Shown here: positions 8,680-15,679 of the stretch, in pieces | Layout: each line of letters begins with the position of its first letter | Numbering within the stretch: the first letter of the stretch is position 1 | IMG/VR virus record: IMGVR_UViG_2778261463_000010 | Span: 1 to 15,679 of that record | DNA from: a virus | Lineage: Duplodnaviria > Heunggongvirae > Uroviricota > Caudoviricetes | DNA length: 15,679 bases | Reading direction: 5' to 3' (one strand) | Program-made: the position numbers and the translations under genes | The notes under the pieces: model-generated | Databases searched by the model: none | What the model was told of the DNA's origin: nothing | Seen by the model: the letters and a program-made list of their open reading frames with translations, nothing else

Positions 8680-9038
8680 ATACCTACAGCATCACATTAC
8701 CCTGGCCTCCGAGCAATAATCGCTATTACCGCCATAATCGCGGGCGCACACACATCAGCGCAGAAGGGCAGGCATACCGCGATAACGTCACCCGAATCAT
8801 TAAAAACGCAATGCTGGATATCGGCCTGGCTATGCCAGTGAAAATCCGTATTGAGTGCCACATGCCGGATCGCCGTCGCCGTGACCTGGATAATCTGCAA
8901 AAAGCCGCTTTTGACGCACTCACCAAAGCAGGTTTCTGGCTGGATGATGCTCAGGTCGTTGATTACCGCGTTGTGAAGATGCCTGTTACCAAAGGTGGGA
9001 GGCTGGAACTGACCATCACCGAAATGGGGAATGAATGA
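8676..9038 (+). CDS. rusA: Holliday junction resolvase RusA (120 aa)
   Basis: Translation [23 protein letters not shown]...[12 protein letters not shown] matches recalled RusA. GTG start overlaps the ybcO stop (GTGA). Confidence 0.92.
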   Translation: MNTYSITLPWPPSNNRYYRHNRGRTHISAEGQAYRDNVTRIIKNAMLDIGLAMPVKIRIECHMPDRRRRDLDNLQKAAFDALTKAGFWLDDAQVVDYRVVKMPVTKGGRLELTITEMGNE

Positions 9039-9175
9039 TGTTTGAGTTTAATATGGCAGAACTTCTTCGCCACCGCTGGATGCGCCTGCGCTTATATCGT
9101 TTCCCCAGTTCTGTTTTGACCGATTACCGAATACTGAGGAATTACGCCAAAACCCTGACAGGAGCAGGAGTATGA
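9035..9175 (+). CDS. ylcG: YlcG-like small protein (46 aa)
   Basis: ATG overlaps the rusA stop. Position and size match DLP12 ylcG. Short ORF with weak independent support. Confidence 0.55.
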   Translation: MMFEFNMAELLRHRWMRLRLYRFPSSVLTDYRILRNYAKTLTGAGV

Positions 9176-9260
9176 AGTCAGAGATAACAATCAACTAATA
9201 CTGTTTTATTGATTTTTGCTTGTAATTGGCGTTCTGGTCTGATTTTTGTGGAGTAAGTTG

Positions 9261-9644
9261 ATGCGTGATATTCAGATGGTTCTTGAGCGTTGGGGAGCGT
9301 GGGCGGCTAATAATCATGAAGATGTGACCTGGTCGTCCATTGCCGCCGGTTTTAAGGGATTAATTACTTCAAAAGTAAAATCTCGCCCGCAATGTTGTGA
9401 CGATGACGCGATGATCATTTGCGGGTGCATGGCCCGTCTGAAAAAGAACAACAGCGATTTGCACGATTTATTAGTAGATTATTATGTAGTCGGTATGACA
9501 TTCATGTCACTGGCAGGTAAGCATTGCTGCTCTGATGGTTATATCGGGAAAAGGTTACAGAAGGCTGAGGGTATAATTGAAGGGATGTTAATGGCATTAG
9601 ATATCCGGTTAGAGATGGATATCGTTGTTAATAACTCTAATTAA
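9261..9644 (+). CDS. quuD: Late-gene antiterminator Q (QuuD-like, 127 aa)
   Basis: ATG at 9261 with GGAG 9 nt upstream. Cys-rich zinc-binding-like region ([12 protein letters not shown]...HCC). Position immediately upstream of the late region. Confidence 0.85.
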   Translation: MRDIQMVLERWGAWAANNHEDVTWSSIAAGFKGLITSKVKSRPQCCDDDAMIICGCMARLKKNNSDLHDLLVDYYVVGMTFMSLAGKHCCSDGYIGKRLQKAEGIIEGMLMALDIRLEMDIVVNNSN

Positions 9645-9659
9645 TATGCCAATTGTTTA

Positions 9660-9695
9660 CTAAAAATTATTAAAAATGGGGCGTTGAGACGCCCC
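9660..9695 (-). terminator. Intrinsic terminator on the minus strand, downstream of the porin gene
   Basis: Stem GGGGCGT/ACGCCCC (9678-9684 and 9689-9695) with a 4-nt loop, followed on the minus strand by AUUUUUAAUAAUUUUU. Confidence 0.6.
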
Positions 9696-9832
9696 CAAAA
9701 ATAAAGGGTAATATATAACAGAAGGTTTATATAGTTAGAAGCAAGGTTGTGCTCCTAAAGGAAGTGGCTTGAGGGAGCCACTTATATGTTGGGGAGGCAA
9801 AGCCTCCCGCAACATATCTTTTAGTAATCAAA
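9660..9832 (-). ncRNA. ipeX: Candidate IpeX-like small RNA / structured 3' region downstream of the porin gene
   Basis: Three consecutive stable stem-loops (9678-9695, 9762-9783, 9784-9817) in the porin 3' intergenic region. In DLP12 the sRNA IpeX is reported at the 3' end of nmpC. Boundaries not determined. Confidence 0.4.
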
Positions 9833-10915
9833 TTAGAACTGGTAAACCATACCTACAGCAACGATATCATCGGTAGCAACGCCAGATGCTTTCGTGAAAT
9901 CGCTCTTATCAATCAGGTTGATTTTGTAATCAACAAAAGTGGACATATTTTTGTTGAAGTAATAGGTTGCACCTACATCAATATATTCAACCAGGTCCTG
10001 ATCACCCCACGCACCCAAGTCTTTTCCTTTAGATTGCAGGTAAGCAACGGACGGACGCAGACCGAAGTCGAACTGATATTGTGCAACTACTTCGAAGTTT
10101 TGTGCTTTGTTGGCAATATGGTTATTACCAAAAACAGTCATGTTCTGGGTTTCAGAATAGGTGGTAGCCAGATAGATGTTGTTCGCATCATATTTCAGAC
10201 CAGCTGCCCATACTTCAGCATTTTGACCAGATGCATTCAGGCTGTTGTTACCGTAGATAACCTGATTATTAGTGCGGTCAGATTTAGCATAGGTTGCACC
10301 TACACCGAATCCTTCATACTCATAAGTAGTGGAGAAACCGAAACCATCACCATTAGCTTCAGTTACGTCAGTGCGGTCATTTTTACCCTGATACTGAGCA
10401 GCAAAGTTCAGACCATCAACCAGACCAAAGAAGTCATTGTTACGATAAGTTGCAACACCTGTGGTGCGACCAGTCATGAATACATCTGTTTGGGTCCAGG
10501 TATCGCCACCGAATTCTGGCAGAACGTCGGTCCATGCACCAATATCGTATGCTACACCGTAGTTACGGCCATAATCGATGGAGCCGTAGTCACCGAATTT
10601 CAGGCCAGCGAAGGCAAGACGGGTTTTATCTTTGGAGGAACCTTGAGATTCAGCGCGGTTGCCTTTGAATTCATATTCCCACTGACCGAAACCAGTCAGT
10701 TGATCGTTGATTTGGGTTTCACCTTTGAAGCCAAGACGGGCATAAGTAGTATCACCATCATCTGCATCATTAGAGGAGAAGTAGTGCTTAGCATTAACTT
10801 TCCCGTACAGATCCAGCTTGTTACTGTCTTTATTATAAATTTCAGCTGCCTGAGCAGACATCGCCATCAGTACTGATGCAGCTACAGCAGAAATTGCCAC
10901 TGTTAATTTTTTCAT
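9833..10915 (-). CDS. nmpC: Prophage-encoded general porin of the NmpC/Lc/OmpD family (360 aa precursor), apparently intact
   Basis: Signal peptide [23 protein letters not shown], then [16 protein letters not shown]...; Gly/Tyr-rich beta-barrel pattern; C-terminal ...VGMVYQF. The ORF track's longer form starts at 10975. Confidence 0.93.
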   Translation of the reverse strand: MKKLTVAISAVAASVLMAMSAQAAEIYNKDSNKLDLYGKVNAKHYFSSNDADDGDTTYARLGFKGETQINDQLTGFGQWEYEFKGNRAESQGSSKDKTRLAFAGLKFGDYGSIDYGRNYGVAYDIGAWTDVLPEFGGDTWTQTDVFMTGRTTGVATYRNNDFFGLVDGLNFAAQYQGKNDRTDVTEANGDGFGFSTTYEYEGFGVGATYAKSDRTNNQVIYGNNSLNASGQNAEVWAAGLKYDANNIYLATTYSETQNMTVFGNNHIANKAQNFEVVAQYQFDFGLRPSVAYLQSKGKDLGAWGDQDLVEYIDVGATYYFNKNMSTFVDYKINLIDKSDFTKASGVATDDIVAVGMVYQF

Positions 10916-11341
10916 CGTGAGCCCTTTTTTTGAACTATTATTAAAAAATGATGTCACTGCGCGATAAATATTCATCTAATCAATGTGATTATTTCAAGAT
11001 GTAAGTTTTGGTTTCTCATTTGATTTGTGAAGTAGATCTCTATTTTTATCTGAACTTTTTCTATCGAATCCTATTCATGGCTCTTGGCTGAATAAAAATA
11101 AATCTATTAGCCAATTTATATTAATGGCTGTTATTTATAAGCGCTCTATAATTTGAAGATTCAATTTAAACCAGCTAAAAATAACGCTGGAAATTATTTG
11201 TTGGTTATTTGTTGAGATTTGCTTATGTATTTGTAGTGGTGTTTTCAATACTCGGTAGCATTCTCGCAAATATCATTTAGTGGTTTACGTACGTAAAAAA
11301 TTGGTTATGCTGTTAAGAGTGGTTACTTCGTCACACAGCTT

Positions 11342-11375
11342 AAACCCGCCGTCGAGCGGGTTTTTCCATTTTTTG
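11342..11375 (+). terminator. Intrinsic terminator-like hairpin plus U-tract upstream of the lysis cassette (possible tR'-type site)
   Basis: Stem AAACCCGC/GCGGGTTT with loop CGTCGA, followed by TTTCCATTTTTTG. About 130 nt upstream of the holin start. Confidence 0.55.
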
Positions 11376-11502
11376 AGTCTCGATATTAGCTGATAACCCA
11401 ATACCTGAGTTATTCACTGACTCCGAGTCTGTTACGTTTCTGCTTTTTTGCGATACGTTGTATTCCCTCAATTTACACCCGCTTTGTCTGCGAGGTGGGG
11501 TT

Positions 11503-11718
11503 ATGAAATCCATGGATAAGTTAACAACGGGTGTCGCCTATGGCACCTCAGCAGGTAGTGCCGGTTACTGGTTTTTACAGCTGCTCGATAAAGTCACGCC
11601 CTCACAGTGGGCAGCAATAGGTGTGCTGGGTAGCCTGGTATTTGGCCTGCTGACGTACCTGACAAACCTTTATTTCAAGATTAAAGAAGATAAGCGCAAG
11701 GCTGCGAGAGGTGAATAA
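11503..11718 (+). CDS. essD: Class II holin (P21 S-type pinholin, EssD-like, 71 aa) with dual-start motif
   Basis: Translation [24 protein letters not shown]...[15 protein letters not shown] resembles recalled S21. Met1/Met4 dual start. GAGGTGGGG SD. Confidence 0.88.
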
Positions 11719-12215
11719 TGCCTCCATCATTACGAAAAGCCGTTGCTGCTGCTATTGGTGGCGGAGCAATTGCTATAGCATCAGTGTTAATTACTGGCCC
11801 AAGTGGTAACGATGGTCTGGAAGGTGTCAGCTACGTACCATACAAAGATATCGTTGGCGTATGGACTGTATGTCACGGACACACCGGAAAAGACATCATG
11901 CTCGGTAAAACGTATACCAAAGCAGAATGCAAAGCACTCTTGAATAAAGACCTTGCCACTGTCGCCAGACAAATTAACCCGTACATCAAAGTCGATATAC
12001 CGGAAACAACGCGCGGCGCTCTTTACTCATTCGTTTACAACGTGGGTGCTGGCAATTTCAGAACATCGACGCTTCTTCGCAAAATAAACCAGGGCGATAT
12101 CAAAGGCGCATGTGATCAGCTACGTCGCTGGACATATGCTGGCGGTAAGCAATGGAAAGGTCTCATGACTCGTCGTGAGATTGAGCGTGAAATCTGTTTG
12201 TGGGGTCAGCAATGA
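11718..12215 (+). CDS. rrrD: SAR endolysin (P21 R-type lysozyme, RrrD-like, 165 aa)
   Basis: N-terminal Gly/Ala-rich signal-anchor-release segment [20 protein letters not shown] followed by a T4-lysozyme-like catalytic region. Start overlaps the holin stop (TAATG). Confidence 0.93.
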   Translation: MPPSLRKAVAAAIGGGAIAIASVLITGPSGNDGLEGVSYVPYKDIVGVWTVCHGHTGKDIMLGKTYTKAECKALLNKDLATVARQINPYIKVDIPETTRGALYSFVYNVGAGNFRTSTLLRKINQGDIKGACDQLRRWTYAGGKQWKGLMTRREIEREICLWGQQ

Positions 12216-12673
12216 ACAGAGTAACCGCGATTATCTCCGCTCTGGTTATCTGCATCATCGTCTACCTGTCATGGGCTGTTAATCATTACCGTGATAACGC
12301 CATTACCTACAAAGCCCAGCGCGACAAAAATGCCAGAGAACTGAAGCTGGCGAACGCGGCAATTACTGACATGCAGATGCGTCAGCGTGATGTTGCTGCG
12401 CTCGATGCAAAATACACGAAGGAGTTAGCTGATGCGAAAGCTGAAAATGATGCTCTGCGTGATGATGTTGCCGCTGGTCGTCGTCGGTTGCACATCAAAG
12501 CAGTCTGTCAGTCAGTGCGTGAAGCCACCACCGCCTCCGGCGTGGATAATGCAGCCTCCCCCCGACTGGCAGACACCGCTGAACGGGATTATTTCACCCT
12601 CAGAGAGAGGCTGATCACTATGCAAAAACAACTGGAAGGAACCCAGAAGTATATTAATGAGCAGTGCAGATAG
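12212..12673 (+). CDS. rzpD: Spanin inner-membrane subunit Rz (153 aa)
   Basis: N-terminal TM helix plus coiled-coil region. Near-identical to recalled lambda Rz. Start overlaps the endolysin stop. Confidence 0.93.
   Translation: MNRVTAIISALVICIIVYLSWAVNHYRDNAITYKAQRDKNARELKLANAAITDMQMRQRDVAALDAKYTKELADAKAENDALRDDVAAGRRRLHIKAVCQSVREATTASGVDNAASPRLADTAERDYFTLRERLITMQKQLEGTQKYINEQCR
12432..12614 (+). CDS. rzoD: Spanin outer-membrane lipoprotein Rz1 (60 aa), embedded in Rz in the +1 frame
   Basis: Lipobox VVGC and proline-rich [13 protein letters not shown], entirely within Rz. Confidence 0.85.
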   Translation: MRKLKMMLCVMMLPLVVVGCTSKQSVSQCVKPPPPPAWIMQPPPDWQTPLNGIISPSERG

Positions 12674-12704
12674 AGTTGCCCATATCGATGGGCAACTCAT
12701 GCAA

Positions 12705-12998
12705 TTATTGTGAGCAATACACACGCGCTTCCAGCGGAGTATAAATGCCTAAAGTAATAAAACCGAGCAATCCATTTACGAATGTTTGCTGGGTTTCTGT
12801 TTTAACAACATTTTCTGCGCCGCCACAAATTTTGGCTGCATCGACAGTTTTCTTCTGCCCAATTCCAGAAACGAAGAAATGATGGGTGATGGTTTCCTTT
12901 GGTGCTACTGCTGCCGGTTTGTTTTGAACAGTAAACGTCTGTTGAGCACATCCTGTAATAAGCAGGGCCAGCGCAGTAGCGAGTAGCATTTTTTTCAT
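12705..12998 (-). CDS. bor: Bor lipoprotein (serum-resistance family, 97 aa)
   Basis: Translation MKKMLLATALALLITGC... with lipobox ITGC. Matches recalled lambda Bor. Confidence 0.9.
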   Translation of the reverse strand: MKKMLLATALALLITGCAQQTFTVQNKPAAVAPKETITHHFFVSGIGQKKTVDAAKICGGAENVVKTETQQTFVNGLLGFITLGIYTPLEARVYCSQ

Positions 12999-13288
12999 GG
13001 TGTTATTCCCGATGCTTTTTGAAGTTCGCAGAATCGTATGTGTAGAAAATTAAACAAACCCTAAACAATGAGTTGAAATTTCATATTGTTAATATTTATT
13101 AATGTATGTCAGGTGCGATGAATCGTCATTGTATTCCCGGATTAACTATGTCCACAGCCCTGACGGGGAACTTCTCTGCGGGAGTGTCCGGGAATAATTA
13201 AAAACGATGCACACAGGGTTTAGCGCGTACACGTATTGCATTATGCCAACGCCCCGGTGCTGACACGGAAGAAACCGGACGTTATGAT

Positions 13289-13699
13289 TTAGCGTGGAAA
13301 GATTTGTGTAGTGTTCTGAATGCTCTCAGTAAATAGTAATGAATTATCAAAGGTATAGTAATATCTTTTATGTTCATGGATATTTGTAACCCATCGGAAA
13401 ACTCCTGCTTTAGCAAGATTTTCCCTGTATTGCTGAAATGTGATTTCTCTTGATTTCAACCTATCATAGGACGTTTCTATAAGATGCGTGTTTCTTGAGA
13501 ATTTAACATTTACAACCTTTTTAAGTCCTTTTATTAACACGGTGTTATCGTTTTCTAACACGATGTGAATATTATCTGTGGCTAGATAGTAAATATAATG
13601 TGAGACGTTGTGACGTTTTAGTTCAGAATAAAACAATTCACAGTTTAAATCTTTTCGCACTTGATCGAATATTTCTTTAAAAATGGCAACCTGAGCCAT
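13289..13699 (-). CDS. ybcV: YbcV-like protein (DUF1398, 136 aa)
   Basis: ORF conserved at this position in lambda and DLP12. The shorter start MAQVAIFKE is chosen; the ORF track extends to 13822. Confidence 0.75.
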   Translation of the reverse strand: MAQVAIFKEIFDQVRKDLNCELFYSELKRHNVSHYIYYLATDNIHIVLENDNTVLIKGLKKVVNVKFSRNTHLIETSYDRLKSREITFQQYRENLAKAGVFRWVTNIHEHKRYYYTFDNSLLFTESIQNTTQIFPR

Positions 13700-13984
13700 T
13701 GGTAAAACCTTCCATGTGATACGAGGGCGCGTAGTTTGCATTATCGTTTTTATCGTTTCAATCTGGTCTGACCTCTTTGTGTTTTGTTGATGATTTATGT
13801 CAAATATTAGGAATGTTTTCACTTAATAGTATTGGTTGCGTAACAAAGTGCGGTCCTGCTGGCATTCTGGAGGGAAATACAACCGACAGATGTATGTAAG
13901 GCCAACGTGCTCAAATCTTCATACAGAAAGATTTGAAGTAATATTTTAACCGCTAGATGAAGAGCAAGCGCATGGAGCGACAAA

Positions 13985-14191
13985 ATGAATAAAGAACAAT
14001 CTGCTGATGATCCCTCCGTGGATCTGATTCGTGTAAAAAATATGCTTAATAGCACCATTTCTATGAGTTACCCTGATGTTGTAATTGCATGTATAGAACA
14101 TAAGGTGTCTCTGGAAGCATTCAGAGCAATTGAGGCAGCGTTGGTGAAGCACGATAATAATATGAAGGATTATTCCCTGGTGGTTGACTGA
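13985..14191 (+). CDS. ybcW: YbcW-like small protein (68 aa)
   Basis: [24 protein letters not shown]... at the conserved position between ybcV and ylcI. Confidence 0.7.
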
Positions 14192-14355
14192 TCACCATAA
14201 CTGCTAATCATTCAAACTATTTAGCCTGTGACAGAGCCAACACGCAGTCTGTCACTGTCAGGAAAGTGGTAAAACTGCAACTCAATTACTGCAATGCCCT
14301 CGTAATTAAGTGAATTTACAATATCGTCCTGTTCGGAGGGAAGAACGCGGGATGT

Positions 14356-14550
14356 TCATTCTTCATCACTTTTAATTGATGTATATGCTCTCTTTTCTGA
14401 CGTTAGTCTCCGACGGCAGGCTTCAATGACCCAGGCTGAGAAATTCCCGGACCCTTTTTGCTCAAGAGCGATGTTAATTTGTTCAATCATTTGGTTAGGA
14501 AAGCGGATGTTGCGGGTTGTTGTTCTGCGGGTTCTGTTCTTCGTTGACAT
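14356..14550 (-). CDS. ylcI: YlcI-like protein (DUF3950, 64 aa)
   Basis: Basic N-terminus MSTKNRTRRTTTRNIRF. Conserved just upstream of cos in lambda-like genomes. Confidence 0.72.
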   Translation of the reverse strand: MSTKNRTRRTTTRNIRFPNQMIEQINIALEQKGSGNFSAWVIEACRRRLTSEKRAYTSIKSDEE

Positions 14551-14699
14551 GAGGTTGCCCCGTATTCAGTGTCGCTGATTTGTATTGTCTGAAGTTGTTT
14601 TTACGTTAAGTTGATGCAGATCAATTAATACGATACCTGCGTCATAATTGATTATTTGACGTGGTTTGATGGCGTAGATGCACGTTGTGACATGTAGAT

Positions 14700-14830
14700 G
14701 ATAATTATTATCATTTTGCGGGTCCTTTCCGGCATGTGGACCCGTTACGGGGCGTCGACCTCGCGGTTTTTCGCTATTTATGAGATTTTTTGAGGGGGTG
14801 GTTGTTGTTTAATTGTTTGGTATATCTAAT
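14700..14830. other. cos: cos region (cosQ/cosN/cosB); cosN-like site near 14750-14761
   Basis: GGGGCGTCGACCTCGCGGTTTTTCGCTATTTATGA closely resembles the recalled lambda cohesive-end region GGGCGGCGACCTCGCGGGTTTTCGCTATTTATGA. Located about 220 nt upstream of the Nu1-like start. Confidence 0.7.
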
Positions 14831-14977
14831 TGATAAGTAAGGTAAAAATAAAATAAATACAACAACCTTACGGTGTATTTTGATGTCATTAATGTGAAAA
14901 AATTCAATGATATCAAATGGTTTTGTAAAAACACATGGTTGTTGTATCGCTTTTTATCGATGACTTATGGAGAGGAG

Positions 14978-15484
14978 ATGGCCTTTTTATTGAATAAAAG
15001 TGATATGGCCTCCTCCATCGGTATCTCTGTTCAGGCATTTGATAAATGGGGCGTTCCTCCTGTCGAGCGTCGGGGGAGGGAAGTTTTTTATGACGTTAAA
15101 ACTGTACTGGAGATAGATCGCGAGCGGCGACAACACAATCATAGAACACCTGATGACGGGGGCGATCTGGAGGAAAGGCTGCTTCGGGCCAGAGCTGAAC
15201 TGACAGAAGAACAGGCCGTAGCTCAAAAACTTAAAAATCAGGTAACCGAAGGTAAGCTCATCGATTCAGACTTCTGCGTTTTCGCCCTCAGCAAGCTGGC
15301 GATGGCATTGTCCAGTACGCTTGATTCTATTCCGTTATCCATGCAGCGACAGTTCCCGGATTTAACGCCACGTCATCTTGACCATCTGAAAACCCTTATT
15401 GCGAAGGGCGCAAATCAGTGTGCGCGGGCAGGGGATAAATTACCGGATTTGCTGGATGAATATATCAGAGCAACAACTGAATAA
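14978..15484 (+). CDS. nohD: Terminase small subunit (Nu1/NohD-like); start codon uncertain
   Basis: Aligns with lambda Nu1: the segment NKSDMASSIGISVQAFDKW against NKKQLADIFGASIRTIQNW, and similar C-terminus. ATG 14978 has GGAGAGGAG immediately upstream; alternatives are TTG 14939, ATG 14960 or GTG 14873. Confidence 0.8.
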   Translation: MAFLLNKSDMASSIGISVQAFDKWGVPPVERRGREVFYDVKTVLEIDRERRQHNHRTPDDGGDLEERLLRARAELTEEQAVAQKLKNQVTEGKLIDSDFCVFALSKLAMALSSTLDSIPLSMQRQFPDLTPRHLDHLKTLIAKGANQCARAGDKLPDLLDEYIRATTE

Positions 15485-15488
15485 TCTG

Positions 15489-15679
15489 ATGGCTGCCGTT
15501 TCGGTTGCGCTGCAGCCTCTGGTCAGGGTTGTACCGATGACGGCAGTTGAATGGGCTGACCAGTATTATTATCTGCCGAAAGAATCCTCATACGGTGACG
15601 GCGAATGGAAAACGCTGCCGTTCCAGATCGCCATCATGAACAGTATGGGGAATGATCAGGTCCGCACTGTTAATCTGAT
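15489..15679 (+). CDS. A: Terminase large subunit (gpA-like), N-terminal fragment; continues beyond the window
   Basis: Translation MAAVSVALQPLVRVVPMTAVEWADQYYYLPKESSYGDGEWKTLPFQIAIMNSMG resembles the recalled lambda gpA N-terminus (TAVEWADANYYLPKES...). Confidence 0.88.
   Translation, partial: MAAVSVALQPLVRVVPMTAVEWADQYYYLPKESSYGDGEWKTLPFQIAIMNSMGNDQVRTVNL

Noticed and set aside
8025-8926. Minus-strand ORFs 8025-8582, 8248-8586, 8387-8641, 8697-8900 and 8726-8926
   Set aside because: Antisense to the tightly coupled ybcN-ninE-ybcO-rusA module.
10034-10876. 280-aa plus-strand ORF
   Set aside because: Entirely antisense to the porin gene, which has far stronger coding evidence (signal peptide, beta-barrel pattern, C-terminal Phe).
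13819-14152. Minus-strand ORFs 13819-14058 and 13946-14152
   Set aside because: Overlap the ybcV/ybcW intergenic region and ybcW in antisense. The plus-strand 68-aa ybcW matches the conserved gene at this position.
4690-15679. Possibility that this is an intact, inducible lambda or DLP12 prophage
   Set aside because: No cI/cro/N/O/P or exo/bet genes lie between xis and the nin region, and xis is truncated. It is not DLP12 itself because it sits at attλ with a lambda-type int and has an uninterrupted porin gene.

Overview
The window covers the chromosomal lambda attachment locus (ybhI, ybhJ, ybhC) and about 11 kb of a defective, mosaic lambdoid prophage integrated there. From left to right: the last 76 bp of an IS10-type element interrupting ybhI; an ERIC repeat; ybhJ; a REP array; ybhC; attL; a lambda-type integrase; a 3' remnant of xis. 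The whole early, immunity and replication region is absent. In its place is an AT-rich cargo island encoding a small two-helix membrane protein and a translationally coupled pair of lipoproteins, the second with a SlyB/Pcp-like glycine zipper. This island is the best candidate for an undescribed system; I hypothesise envelope remodelling or superinfection exclusion. Downstream is a DLP12/qsr'-like late region: NinB-family ybcN, ninE, ybcO, rusA, ylcG, Q antiterminator, an intact NmpC/Lc-type porin on the opposite strand with a hairpin-rich 3' region, a P21-type pinholin and SAR endolysin, lambda-type Rz/Rz1, bor, ybcV, ybcW, ylcI, a cos site, Nu1-like small terminase and the start of the large terminase. 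All identifications rest on reading the sequence and on recalled family sequences; no database search or computation was run, and start codons and repeat boundaries are approximate.
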